A DNA stretch of 64,000 nt from a virus (Duplodnaviria; Caudoviricetes). Under the pieces are notes generated by a model that searched no databases, had not been told where the DNA came from, and saw only the letters and a program-made list of their open reading frames with translations. Position 1 is the first letter of the stretch. Every line of letters starts with the position of its first letter. Positions 29,001-38,111 of the stretch are shown piece by piece. The stretch is taken from the IMG/VR virus record IMGVR_UViG_3300030330_006573, positions 32,001 to 96,000 of that record. One strand, written 5' to 3'. The position numbers and the translations under genes were made by a program.

Positions 29001-32000
29001 AAAATTTAGAAGCAAGAAGGAATACAGCTCAGCAGCAGGGTAGATTTATGTCTAGTGCTTTTCTCTCAGGAAGAATGGGAGAAAGGGGTGGAGGAACTGG
29101 AGGGTTTGGATCAAGGATGGCGAATTTGGGTGGTAGATTTATGGGAGGTGCTAGCTCAAGTCTAACAAATTTCGCTTCAAGCATGAAGGGTTTTGGCGGA
29201 ATGACTGGTATGGCATTATCATTCGGACTACCAATGATTGGAGGAATGGTTGGGCCAACTACTCAAAGGATAGACAGAGCACAGTTTCAAGATGGACAAT
29301 TTAGAATAACCGATCAAGGCGGAAGAGAAAGAGCTGGATCAACATTAATGGGGGCAGGAATAGGCGCTTTATTTGGATTGCCTGGATTAATCGCAGGTGC
29401 AGCTGTAGGGTTTGCAGCTTCTGCATCAAAGATGACACTGTCCATACAAGAAATAATACAGCTTCAAGAAAAGCAATTAAAAATTACAAATAGAAATATT
29501 AATTCAGTTTCGACTCTTACATCTTTAAATGAAAGAAGAGCGGCAGCATTTGCATCAGGAGATCAAAATACAGTAAATCAAATTGATGTAGCAATTAATA
29601 GAGCATTATCTCAAGTTACTGATCCAGATATATTGGGAAAAATTCTAGTAGGTTCTCAAAGTAAGGCTGGGTTAGCAAAGGTGCAAGGATTATTGCAAGA
29701 TAGAATTTCTCAAGATCAAGCAGTTCAAAACTTTGGAGTAAATATTAGTCAAAATAATGCAGCGGGAGCGGCAACTTCCCTTGCTAATTTAATAGATCAA
29801 AGATTAAGGTCTGGAGAAATAACAGGAGGTAGGGATACTGTTCTAAAAACCTTAATGGATATAAGGACTAATCTTGAAAAAAGACAGGCATTAGGAACTG
29901 CAATGGGGATTGATGAACTTAATGAAATAAGGAGAACTTCTGAAGGAAAACAAGGAACAACATTAGCTCAGGGTGCGGCAGGTTTAGCTACTACGGGAAT
30001 AATTGCGACTGGCATAGGCATGATACCTCACCCGCTTGCCAGGGGTTTGACCATGTTTCAAAGGCTCATGACTGGCGCCGCTGTTGGTGTTGGGGCTGGT
30101 TCTTTAGTGAGAGAGGCTGAAACGCAAAGAGCTAAGACGCAGATCGAAAACTTAGGAGAAGATCCTCTTGCAGCAACAGATGCATTGGCAAGACTTAGGG
30201 ATGCAACAATAATTACTGAAAATCAATTTAAAGGTTTATCTGCAGCATTTAATGCTGGAGTTCTTTCTTTTGCCGAGTTAGAACAAACACTATTAAAACA
30301 AATTGAAAACTTCGAAAAGTTTCAGAAAAACCAAGAATCACTAGGTCAACAGACATTTAATCTCGAAAGATCATTTAAGAAAACTATTAAAGAATTAAAA
30401 CAAAGTTCTGAGCTTAGAAAGATAAACGAAGGATCTAGAATAAAAAGAGAATCTTCAATTTTAGATTTTTCTTCGAGATTTAATCCAGATACTCCCCAAC
30501 AAAGATTAGGCTTGGCAAGAAGAAGGTTAAATTTGTTTGATCAAGGCATAGATTTTAGAAGACGAAGCTTTAATGAAGATGAGGGAGCAGCATTATTACA
30601 ATCCACCAAACAAATTGGAAAACAACTGAATTTAACGCCGAATTTGACACTAGGTTTGATCGATACCGTTAGAGAAGGCGGGACTGACGCCTTGCAGAGA
30701 CTAGCTGACCAAAGGCGATTAACTGGGAGCATGGATGTTTTTGGCGGAAAAGACTCTATAGAAGGAAGGAGAAAATTATTTGAAGAACTTCAAGCTAACT
30801 TTAATGACAATACTGCTGCAGCAATGCAGGCAATAGGAGATAAAATTGGAACAGATGATCGAGAGACCATTGATCAATTAAGAGGTATTATTCAGAATGC
30901 TATGAACAACCCAGCTGCTCTAGAAAATATATTGTCGGGAGATGATCTTGGAACAATAAAATTCTCAAAAGAAATAACAGAACAAACCAGACTTCTACTT
31001 CAAGACATTTTAGATGGAACATCGGAAAGAAGGATTTTACTTGAAGCACAAATTTTAGCTGACAGAAAACAAGCCAGACTTTCTGAGGCAACTATTATAG
31101 TTCAAAAAAGGGTTAATGATTTGCTTTCAGAAAGAGCGTCAGCAACTGGGCTTCAAAATTTAAAAGATGCTGGAAAAAATCAAAGAGACAGAGCAGAAGG
31201 AATGAGAAAAATTTCTGGGTTTCAATTTGAAGCAACAGATACATTCAGGGGGTCAAGAACTGAAAAGAAAGAAAGAGGTAGGCAGTTACAATTACAAAAA
31301 CAAATATTTGAAGAAGAGTTAAAAATACAAGAAAGAGAAACAGCAACTAGATTAAAATCTGAAGCGAGAAAGTTATTAAGCGATCAAAAGCTTGTATTTG
31401 CACTAAATAAACTGGGAAATACGATAGAGGAAACAATCAGAAAAGCTACCGATCAACCCGCTACATCTACTACTGCTCCATCAGCAAGCAATAATGTAGT
31501 GACTACTAGTGGACCTGGCACACCAATTACAGCTGGAGCAACTGCGGCAAACAACAGAGTTATAGATCAATTTAACAAAAACATAGCAAAAAATAGAGCA
31601 GAATTGGACTCCTTAGAGAAAAAGCTAGGCACATTAAGAGGAGAGAGGCAAATGGCTCGCACTGGGATGACATTGAAAAGCGCCAATGTCCTTGAACAAA
31701 GAATGGTCAAACGAACACGGGTCCATGACCACACGGGACTCACCATAGATGCGGGCGAAAGTCGAGAGACTGATTTTGAAAGAGCAGAAAGATTGGCAGC
31801 AGCAGTTACAGTGGCATTAGCTCCCGACATGAATTTCACTGGCGGAGTAGATCCAGGACTAACTCAAGCCGCGCAACAGATCCAGGACACTCTTTTAGAA
31901 AGAGAAGATAGGAGGAGAAAATTATTCGAAAGAGGAAAGCATGATAAAGTAAGAGCGCATGATAAAAAATCAGTTGAAGTATTGGAAAAAATCATTAGTG

Positions 32001-34207
32001 GAATGATTGATGCAGCAAACATATCATTACAAAAAAAAGATTCTGAAATAAACGCAGTATCGACAGAAATAACAAATTTAAGTAAATTAATAGATAAAGA
32101 CATAGAAGGAATTCAAAAGGTTAGAAAAAATGTAGTTCAAACTGTAACTAATGTACCAGATGTATTAACAAAATTAAAAGATTTGTCTGGCATTACAATA
32201 GATAGTACCGATCAGGTAATAAATGCGATTAATGCATTAGGATTCTCAGCGACTGACGTAGACAAGCTACAATCTCAAATACATGATTTGAAGGGTAGTG
32301 GAGAATTGACCAAAGATCAATTAAATCTATTATCTCAATTAGAAGAAGCGATAATTAATGGCGCAGATGAAATAAGATCTTTTGCAGAAAAACAAAACTT
32401 TAAAATGTTTACAGATAAATTTGTGAACATTACAAAGAATTTACAATTTTTAGATGAATCCATGGGCACCTTTAGGGGGATGGAAGAGCTAAGAGAAATG
32501 GATACTAGACAGAGCGGGGCAAGCAGAGCTTTCAGGTCGATGCTTGAGCAGGACACTAAGCAAAAAAATCTTGAAACATTAATGGCAGACCCAACTGCCA
32601 CAAGATCGGAAATTGCTTCTGCTAAAATAGCAGCAAGATCTCAGACTATTGGAACAGTTCAACAGAGAGATGAGCTTAAAAAACTTGATCAAGAAAGAGA
32701 TCTTATTTTTAAGCAGGTTGCAGCATTAGGAAGAGACACAAATATAAGCGATGAAAAAAGAAATGAGGGGCTTGAGACTGCAAAGAAAAAACTAGAAGAA
32801 ATTAACGAATCAATGGTTCAAGTTGCTGAAAAAATGACAAGAACTACTCCTAGGGATCAAGGAATTTTTACAGAAATAGGAACAAATCTACCTATGGGTC
32901 TTGAAAAAGGGTTTGCTGATCTACAGTCGGAATCTGAGCAAATATATACAAGGCTTGGGGAGCAGTTGCCTTTCGCACTTAGAAATGGGTTAGTTGACGC
33001 AATGCAAGCGGCATTGGAAGGTGCTGATAACTTAGGTGATACATTAAAAGGAATAGGTATAGGATTCTTACAGATAATACAAAGAGCATTTCTTGAAAGT
33101 GCAGCGAGCAGAATAGTTGGCGTTATGGGTTTGAACTCTGGTGGAATGGTAACTGGAGGTAGCGGAGTCAGAGATGATGTGCCAGCAATGCTTACTGGTG
33201 GAGAATACGTCATAAAGAAAAGTTCCGTAGATAAGTATGGAATGGGATTTATGGATAAGTTGAACAGAGGAATGGTTCCAGGATATGCTGAAGGTGGAGC
33301 GGTTGATATGAATATCGGAGCACCAAGATCAGCTAAAAGAGAGTCTTTTGTTGATAAAAATAAATACGGAAATATAACTAGATACAAAGATCTAGAAAGT
33401 GAAATTGGAATAAATTCAAAACTTACTGGATTTGCTAGAGCTAATGATAGGAAAATACTGGAATATTTTAGGGAGCAAGAAAATCAATTCAGGGAAGACC
33501 TGGCTACAAAAGACCAAGAAAAACAAAGAGCAGAGACCAGGAAGAGAGTAAAAGAACAGCAGAAGAATGCATTAATAGGTGTTGTTGCTGGAATAGCTGG
33601 AGGTGCTTTGTTAAGTAAGGCTGTAGACTTGTATAAAGGAACTGACTTCGCCAAAAGACAGGCAGAAAAAAGAGCTGCAAAACAATTTAATAAACAATTT
33701 AATAGCGGAAAAGGATCATATACGAATAGAAGAGGAAGAACTGGATACGAAATAAGAGGACAAGAAAGAAGGCTTTTAAGGCAAGATATAGATAATTTCA
33801 AGGGTCAAGGAGCTACTGCTTCACAAATGAGGGAGTTTCTAAGTTCTCAGGATGTCCAATTTAGGATGGATAGAATTGGAGTGGATGATTACGAGGTAAC
33901 TCTTAACAGAGGCGGAAGAGTTCCAACAATGCTTACTGGCGGGGAATACATAATGAGCCCGAAAGCAGTAAGGAAGCATGGGTCTGCAATGATGAATAGT
34001 ATAAACAACGGAACCTATGCAGGAGGACAAGGTTCTGGACCTACAGTATCTCATGGAGATGTAAATATTTCTATAAATGTTGATAATAATGGTATGTCAT
34101 CAGAAGGCGGAAATCAATTGAATACAAAGGAATTTTCATCAAAGGTAAAGGCAGCAGTAATGCAGGTAATTAATCAAGAAAAGAGGGTTGGAGGATCATT
34201 AAGGTGA
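23075..34207 (+). CDS. Tape measure protein (3710 aa) with internal cargo-domain array
   Basis: N-terminal TP901-type TMP domain (ELARQGLS...GNSFKTIFTR), hydrophobic Gly/Ala helices, coiled coils, lambda gpH-like C-terminus (INISINVD...VMQVINQEKRVGGSLR); followed by tail tip genes. Confidence 0.9.
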   Translation: MPIRVQTVQTGLEKSIRNAVKKVNATGGLSVNINDRQFTRPLGKITGSVSEFNKSLEASNARVLAFGASVGIIQSVQKAFAGLIRETINVEKKLADINVVMGITNQELNKFGDGLFKVARNTAQSFNTVAVAATELARQGLSMEETLKRTNDALILTRLTGLDAANAVSGLTAALNTFNKAGLDSTKILSKMAAVDVQFAVSTEDLIDAVSRAGAVAQDAGVSFDELLGAVTAAQQQTARGGKVIGNSFKTIFTRVQRGSTIKRLEELGIAVRDVRGQTLPAIQILTNLSKTYETLADTTKAAVAEQVGGVFQINILKAAIKDLGEQNSILTRATRISSQATDEAIKKNELLNKTLSALTSQAATSIQEFAATVGGLAFEDNLRAYLSSFQTFVNFLNDGLKQGEGFGSDLGRGLIKGFGNVISGPGMVLAIGILGKLLFKTFAFLGGSVKELLGIVSATKTQRDIQKTIVGVLAENSALQKKILSQEGNRAAQERTILSILQAQAKEQARIAASAAAIAPAVMRSGYNAQLRRRSAGHIPNYVSGSEAKAEKAGARSGGYSPGSVKSMNMPGQGRVVYNSAEKVKSFPGMVQPAIMPPPRSRAGKNYQKAFAKTHGFNPYASGGFVPNFARRVYSGESPTNIARALIHGKSTAMNLNVGGGRRFKDTFHSFGPAMATGTEMNAIRERIYKQFIQNKGSDFRNQVNDSLRRLGGGPKEWGNRDGDLIFGMVSQLNSARKSSRKLELPYSKGFVPNFGMRLNANKIKSIVQGKIHSDKFDGTIGMSELDKIITNGLFKSIKYRPKSGDIQDLIFTGARHGVHAHKKGAKPPKGFSSWADFDKNSPLGKSRVVHASSAGQGAGGYRRLYLDRIDSLVSQGKHLKVDPNMANFGFVPNYSAFHYDKNFPLSMPQTGDRITFLKALEFMPEHKLAQAMDMFLSNTQALDMKGSYPGMPIKDFKKHFGGSLNLDMGIDYLSEKRKKEILKNPDVMKSFFRYLTGKSSSIGIEAALTGDERKHFMSKYGMIPRMKSIDDGLIPGQKKKDRLSLIREDFLRAGEGPEGGKKGSVRGYIQEAFKQSRGSKNFNKLLAQNQAMAPPPVLGLPFNPDRGIAKARPIGGILAQMYMPTSSSFRGGGGLGGPGSFGALSGRFRGDDVITRRGVDAGLRNVLESSNRVAAIRGGGSIRDLIPAKRNQIDMAAIERLMVEEKMTATQAFRALGLDRDPAYQLKGFIGGQKIKIPKTGLAALPTLDSLLKMRRFRSGGFVPNFSRPMSKISTKVYGERNDALNKVRSVEFISDVGGRRFTNARTIEIPDPIKPLGDKMGLQVINVNPADKTLRGKGYGKELYTFMADYARKKGYSGLYGDMGTSPSAMRVVDSIAKGGKFNVTKNKDLNLVKDDFLSEGAAFASDSWTYRIANGGHIPNFIGINPAFANFNKIMGGMYSAKKGRHGAFGTEARSKMVFSENKQINDLAHMVLKGELTLKQMTAAVSASSNAMFKNPKTKQAGMDLIASYSNLMANQKYAKMMPPDMLKSKGFIPNFSLMSPRASGVLSKNPQFASAVGSAISREASYGVTPKVVAAPSLKSPTNPGLAVVNKEQEGGKLANARKLHGGLNPRQGASGGFIPNYAPIDPLKLLSIMSRSEQNVQSLGLRSLQNIQQAGARSINLSGFSLPPALLQSLEDVQKQFGHTAKAANQAAVTTKILNGTVRSLADRKIATQILRNERAMELSKGGGVAAQFTRGGVLDEERLRRDINIAKQTGDTRTLKQLQGLDKSLTTFASNNLSTGAAMGREAGKQISAGIKSDARREIFKDTKGFSKSQMQQNLSKEFLKSVGVVGAEDMNKKQAQQAMSSFFKAGGVDARNTFSSFAQQQGVKSSVSSLAKGGLASGELRSLTGGNNASRFIRAMNLIERGVAGGASQRSIKAAERLALREAAKATEGRGAQATQRLNASINQLVDEQKRQNQAALQERKTKNLEARRNTAQQQGRFMSSAFLSGRMGERGGGTGGFGSRMANLGGRFMGGASSSLTNFASSMKGFGGMTGMALSFGLPMIGGMVGPTTQRIDRAQFQDGQFRITDQGGRERAGSTLMGAGIGALFGLPGLIAGAAVGFAASASKMTLSIQEIIQLQEKQLKITNRNINSVSTLTSLNERRAAAFASGDQNTVNQIDVAINRALSQVTDPDILGKILVGSQSKAGLAKVQGLLQDRISQDQAVQNFGVNISQNNAAGAATSLANLIDQRLRSGEITGGRDTVLKTLMDIRTNLEKRQALGTAMGIDELNEIRRTSEGKQGTTLAQGAAGLATTGIIATGIGMIPHPLARGLTMFQRLMTGAAVGVGAGSLVREAETQRAKTQIENLGEDPLAATDALARLRDATIITENQFKGLSAAFNAGVLSFAELEQTLLKQIENFEKFQKNQESLGQQTFNLERSFKKTIKELKQSSELRKINEGSRIKRESSILDFSSRFNPDTPQQRLGLARRRLNLFDQGIDFRRRSFNEDEGAALLQSTKQIGKQLNLTPNLTLGLIDTVREGGTDALQRLADQRRLTGSMDVFGGKDSIEGRRKLFEELQANFNDNTAAAMQAIGDKIGTDDRETIDQLRGIIQNAMNNPAALENILSGDDLGTIKFSKEITEQTRLLLQDILDGTSERRILLEAQILADRKQARLSEATIIVQKRVNDLLSERASATGLQNLKDAGKNQRDRAEGMRKISGFQFEATDTFRGSRTEKKERGRQLQLQKQIFEEELKIQERETATRLKSEARKLLSDQKLVFALNKLGNTIEETIRKATDQPATSTTAPSASNNVVTTSGPGTPITAGATAANNRVIDQFNKNIAKNRAELDSLEKKLGTLRGERQMARTGMTLKSANVLEQRMVKRTRVHDHTGLTIDAGESRETDFERAERLAAAVTVALAPDMNFTGGVDPGLTQAAQQIQDTLLEREDRRRKLFERGKHDKVRAHDKKSVEVLEKIISGMIDAANISLQKKDSEINAVSTEITNLSKLIDKDIEGIQKVRKNVVQTVTNVPDVLTKLKDLSGITIDSTDQVINAINALGFSATDVDKLQSQIHDLKGSGELTKDQLNLLSQLEEAIINGADEIRSFAEKQNFKMFTDKFVNITKNLQFLDESMGTFRGMEELREMDTRQSGASRAFRSMLEQDTKQKNLETLMADPTATRSEIASAKIAARSQTIGTVQQRDELKKLDQERDLIFKQVAALGRDTNISDEKRNEGLETAKKKLEEINESMVQVAEKMTRTTPRDQGIFTEIGTNLPMGLEKGFADLQSESEQIYTRLGEQLPFALRNGLVDAMQAALEGADNLGDTLKGIGIGFLQIIQRAFLESAASRIVGVMGLNSGGMVTGGSGVRDDVPAMLTGGEYVIKKSSVDKYGMGFMDKLNRGMVPGYAEGGAVDMNIGAPRSAKRESFVDKNKYGNITRYKDLESEIGINSKLTGFARANDRKILEYFREQENQFREDLATKDQEKQRAETRKRVKEQQKNALIGVVAGIAGGALLSKAVDLYKGTDFAKRQAEKRAAKQFNKQFNSGKGSYTNRRGRTGYEIRGQERRLLRQDIDNFKGQGATASQMREFLSSQDVQFRMDRIGVDDYEVTLNRGGRVPTMLTGGEYIMSPKAVRKHGSAMMNSINNGTYAGGQGSGPTVSHGDVNISINVDNNGMSSEGGNQLNTKEFSSKVKAAVMQVINQEKRVGGSLR
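24680..27958 (+). repeat. Eight dispersed in-frame copies of xxG[FH][VI]PN[FY] motif within TMP
   Basis: SAGHIPNY 24680, SGGFVPNF 24941, SKGFVPNF 25319, NFGFVPNY 25739, SGGFVPNF 26855, NGGHIPNF 27326, SKGFIPNF 27674, SGGFIPNY 27935. Confidence 0.92.
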
Positions 34208-34210
34208 TAG

Positions 34211-35038
34211 ATGAAAGATTTATTGTACAGTGAGGACAATAGCTTCTTTATAGATGGTCTTAAGATATCTGGAGTTCAATCTGTAAATGGAAGTTATAAC
34301 ATATCTAGCCAAGATAATGTTTTTCTTGGTTATGCAGGTGATCCAGAATTTATACAAAATGCGCCAGCGAGCGCATCTTTTTCTTTTGAAAGAGCATTAA
34401 TGTCTAGTGATGAGCCTATCACTAATTTAATAGCAGATACTGGATTTAATGGCGGAATAGAATATAACGGAAGAGTTTTAAACTTTACAAGCGGATATTT
34501 GGATTCTTATTCTGTAAACTTCTCTATAGACTCTTTACCTCAAAGCTCAATTAATATATCTGTTTACGGAGAGATGGGGCCTCATGTTTCCTCACAAACC
34601 CCAAAACCAAATCAAACGGAATTTATAATTCCAACGAGTAGCGGAATATCCCTAACTTGTGACGGAAGAGAGACTAATAGGGTTAGGAATTTTTCTTTTT
34701 CAATAAATCCGTCAAGAGAGCCTATTTATAAAATTGGTTCAATATTTCCATGCGAAGTTGCATTCATGACTCCAATAAGTAATTCATTTTCTGTAGAGAT
34801 AGATGTTGATGATTATGAAACTAGAAATTTGTATGATTATATAAGAACTGGAATACATACTAAAAATATAGAAGTTGTAGTAAAGGATCAATGTGATCAA
34901 TCAAAGAGTATCACTTATGATTTTAAAAAATTTAATTTAATTGGAGAAAACTTTTCAACAGATAGTGAGAATAATACAACAGTAAGGCTTGATTATGCAA
35001 TGAATTCTCATTCTCCGCCTCAAATAACATATACATGA
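34211..35038 (+). CDS. Minor tail protein, tube-fold-like
   Basis: ISGVQSVNGSYNI and RVRNFSFSINPSREPIYKIG echo motifs of the major tail protein. Confidence 0.55.
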   Translation: MKDLLYSEDNSFFIDGLKISGVQSVNGSYNISSQDNVFLGYAGDPEFIQNAPASASFSFERALMSSDEPITNLIADTGFNGGIEYNGRVLNFTSGYLDSYSVNFSIDSLPQSSINISVYGEMGPHVSSQTPKPNQTEFIIPTSSGISLTCDGRETNRVRNFSFSINPSREPIYKIGSIFPCEVAFMTPISNSFSVEIDVDDYETRNLYDYIRTGIHTKNIEVVVKDQCDQSKSITYDFKKFNLIGENFSTDSENNTTVRLDYAMNSHSPPQITYT

Positions 35039-35799
35039 GCAAGTATGTAAAATATAACGAATGTGAGGTAAAGATAAATGACGAAAACGTTTTTGCCTTA
35101 AATGCATCGCTTTCAGCAAGATCTAATTCTGATGCTAATATTCTTTATGGGGGAGCTGTAGATTCATACTCTTCAGCCGTAGAAAGCCAAGCAGAGGTAT
35201 CTTTCGAGTATTATATTACTGGTGAGATAGATAATATTAGAACATTAACGGGCGACATTTCTTGTTCTGGAGAGTTTGGAGGTATAAAATTTTCTGGAGC
35301 TTATCTAAATAATTATTCAGTTACAATAAGGCCATACTTGCCTATATCATTTAATGCATCTTTCGCCATTTTTAGTGGATATCAAGACACTCTTTCAACA
35401 GGTTCTTTTACTTCTGATTCACTAGAGCTTGCAAATGGAGCGCATACCTCGTTGACAAACATAACAAGTTCAAATGTAGGAATGGACAACCCTCAAGAGA
35501 TTAACTACTCGATAAATTGCCTTAGGCAAGGGAACTATGTTATAGGCGAAGAGTTTCCTCAAGATGTGAGGTTTGGAAGTGTAGAAAAAAAACTATCACT
35601 AAAAGGAGAGGATATCGGGCCTTTGATAAATTTTTCTGGAAAAGATTTTGCAAAAATAAGCATACAGCCAAGAACACACAATAACACATCAAGAGGTCAG
35701 TTAATTGAGTGCGAAGGAATAATTAACTCTCAATCATTGAATGTTTCTAAAAATGGAATGGTTAATGGAGATATTGAAATAATCGAAAGGGTTAGATAG
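35035..35799 (+). CDS. Minor tail protein, tube-fold-like
   Basis: Beta-rich; AYLNNYSVTI similar to GYLSDYTIEA in the tube; position after TMP. Confidence 0.5.
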   Translation: MSKYVKYNECEVKINDENVFALNASLSARSNSDANILYGGAVDSYSSAVESQAEVSFEYYITGEIDNIRTLTGDISCSGEFGGIKFSGAYLNNYSVTIRPYLPISFNASFAIFSGYQDTLSTGSFTSDSLELANGAHTSLTNITSSNVGMDNPQEINYSINCLRQGNYVIGEEFPQDVRFGSVEKKLSLKGEDIGPLINFSGKDFAKISIQPRTHNNTSRGQLIECEGIINSQSLNVSKNGMVNGDIEIIERVR

Positions 35800-36779
35800 T
35801 GAGTTGTAATTACACATTCAATAGCGGTAATTTTCATAATCTAGAAAAGGATTATTATAGTGAGGTTACAAATGCTGGTGGAGGAAAATATAATACTTAT
35901 GCAGACTTTGTTTCGGGATCAAAATCAGATGGAGTTTTAAGTGATTTTGAATATGAAACTCCTTTTAATTTTGTTCCTTCTTATGGATCTTCAGTAAGTA
36001 TAAATTTCATAAGCGAAATTATGGAATACGGAGATGGCTATGTAAGAAATGTGCCAAGGGGTCTAAATAGAATTTTGTTTTCAATGTCATTAGATTTTAA
36101 CGATAGATCAAATGACGAATCTGAAAATATTGTAGATTATATTTCTGAAAGGAAGGGGTCTAATAAATTTCCTTTTCAAATAAAACCAAAATCAAACTAC
36201 TCATCAAGCGAAAGTTATAAATCATTATATTCATTAAAACCTTATTTTGTTCAAGAATTTTTATGTCAACAAGCTCCAATTAATATTGTTTATACAGATA
36301 ACAACTCAATTAGTTTAGATTTTTTAAACGATGAATTTTCGGCATTAAATATAAAAAGTATTTTATATGTAGAATCAATGCCTGCGGAAGAAAAAAGTAT
36401 AATAGATGAGTATAGACAAAAATATGTTTTAGATATAGAACCGTCTGTTTCTTTATCTAGAGATATATCCTTGCGAAATCAATCTTTTCAAAATAATCAA
36501 TCAAAATCTTTTTTTGCTCCAGATGGAGAGAATATAAGAAAAGAAGCTTTAAGATTAAATTTTGAAAAAATAGATGATACTAAGTTATTAAAGCTTTTAT
36601 CATTTTTTATACATAAGCAAGCGGTTGAATCTTTTACTTTTACAGTCAAAAAACCTTCAGAGAGAACGGCGGAATTTATGTGTGACGCAATAGAACACAC
36701 CTATCTTTATAAAGGTGTCCACAGTCTCTCAGTCTCAATATATGAAGTCCCAGTTAAAAAGAGGTTTATTAAATGTTAA
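35799..36779 (+). CDS. Distal tail protein, lambda gpM-like (apparently tandem domains)
   Basis: PSYGSSV...YGDGYVRNVPRGLN...LDFNDR...FPF gpM-like motif; weaker second copy (PSVS...DGEN...LNFEKI...SFTF); GTG start. Confidence 0.65.
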   Translation: MSCNYTFNSGNFHNLEKDYYSEVTNAGGGKYNTYADFVSGSKSDGVLSDFEYETPFNFVPSYGSSVSINFISEIMEYGDGYVRNVPRGLNRILFSMSLDFNDRSNDESENIVDYISERKGSNKFPFQIKPKSNYSSSESYKSLYSLKPYFVQEFLCQQAPINIVYTDNNSISLDFLNDEFSALNIKSILYVESMPAEEKSIIDEYRQKYVLDIEPSVSLSRDISLRNQSFQNNQSKSFFAPDGENIRKEALRLNFEKIDDTKLLKLLSFFIHKQAVESFTFTVKKPSERTAEFMCDAIEHTYLYKGVHSLSVSIYEVPVKKRFIKC

Positions 36780-36807
36780 TTTTTCTTAATTAATTTATTA
36801 TAGTAGG

Positions 36808-37716
36808 GTGAGCTTTCAAAAAACAGAATGTATAAATAAGGAGTTGTTTTCTCAAAATTCTTCAGAGGAAATAGTGCTTTTTGAAATATCGAATATTGCA
36901 AACACATCTGATATAATAAGGTTTCATGGAGGCTCAAATGCGATAAAGGATTCGTTAGTCTTTGATTCATTGGAATATTTTTTTATACCAAATAGCATTG
37001 AGGGCTTAGAAGACAGAAATGACGGCTCTCTAGCTAGGCCAACATTAGATCTAATAAATATTGATGGATTCTTTAGCAAGTATATAATTGACAAAGATGA
37101 TCTAATAGGAGCAGACGTTAAAATAATAAGAACCTTTTTAAGGTTTTTAGATGCGGTTAATTTTTTAAACTACTCTTCTGATACTGAATTTTGGAATCAA
37201 ATGGGAGTAAACCCTGACCCAAATTCAAAACTAAAAGATCAAATTTTTATAATAAATCAAAAAATTACTGAAAATAAAAATTTAATTAAATATGAGTTGT
37301 CAAGCCCTTTAGATCTTGAAAATGTAAGTATTCCAAAAAGGCAAATTATAAATAATTATTGTGCATGGAAGTATAGAGGCAAAGGTTGCTTTTACTCTGG
37401 TGACCCAAAGGCAGATTCTAACAATGCCGTATTTACTGGAACTTTAAATAATAGGGGAGAATGGGTCGAAGGCATATCTTATTCAAAGAATGATTTTGTA
37501 TTTGTCTCTATAAAAGATGGAAATAAGACTAGGAAAGTGTTTTATGTTTGCATAACCGCTAACACTTCTGACGGAGATAATAAGCCAACTGTTAATTCAA
37601 AAGTTTGGGCTCAAGACTCTTGCTCTAAAAGCTTAAAGGGTTGCAAGCTTAGGTATACTGGAGAGAAAAACGATCACTTACCATTTGGTGGATTTCCAGG
37701 GAGTAGACTTTTTTAA
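36808..37716 (+). CDS. Minor tail protein L (lambda gpL-like, Fe-S cluster cysteines)
   Basis: RTFLRFLD, PKRQIINNYCAWKYRGKGCFY, DSCSKSLKGCKLR, LPFGGFPG. Confidence 0.9.
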   Translation: MSFQKTECINKELFSQNSSEEIVLFEISNIANTSDIIRFHGGSNAIKDSLVFDSLEYFFIPNSIEGLEDRNDGSLARPTLDLINIDGFFSKYIIDKDDLIGADVKIIRTFLRFLDAVNFLNYSSDTEFWNQMGVNPDPNSKLKDQIFIINQKITENKNLIKYELSSPLDLENVSIPKRQIINNYCAWKYRGKGCFYSGDPKADSNNAVFTGTLNNRGEWVEGISYSKNDFVFVSIKDGNKTRKVFYVCITANTSDGDNKPTVNSKVWAQDSCSKSLKGCKLRYTGEKNDHLPFGGFPGSRLF

Positions 37717-38099
37717 TGAAAAAAGAAATAGAAAGTATATGCAAAGAAGAGTCGCATAAAGAATCTTGTGGCTTTATACTAATGAGCGGAGATAAATTTG
37801 AAATTGTAAAATGTAATAATGTATCAACACATCCAGAATCGTCTTTTGAGATAAGTTATAAAGATTTAACAAAATATTTAATGAATCAAAAAATGGTAGC
37901 AATTTTTCATTCTCACATAAATACTGATGAGAAATTTTCGGAAAAAGATGTTAAAATATCAGAGGAATTAATGTTTCCATTTTGGGTATATAGCTCAAAA
38001 ACAAAAAAACATAATGTATATATTCCCAAAAATTTACATAACAAGAAAAACATAAAAAACTTTTGTAAAAAAGTACGCACTTACAAGTGTAATATTTAA
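37716..38099 (+). CDS. Tail assembly protein K-like, JAB/MPN metalloprotease domain only
   Basis: ESCGFI, FHSH, FSEKD (E...HxH...SxxD); ends without NlpC/P60 domain. Confidence 0.85.
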   Translation: MKKEIESICKEESHKESCGFILMSGDKFEIVKCNNVSTHPESSFEISYKDLTKYLMNQKMVAIFHSHINTDEKFSEKDVKISEELMFPFWVYSSKTKKHNVYIPKNLHNKKNIKNFCKKVRTYKCNI

Positions 38100-38111
38100 A
38101 GGGATAAGGTT

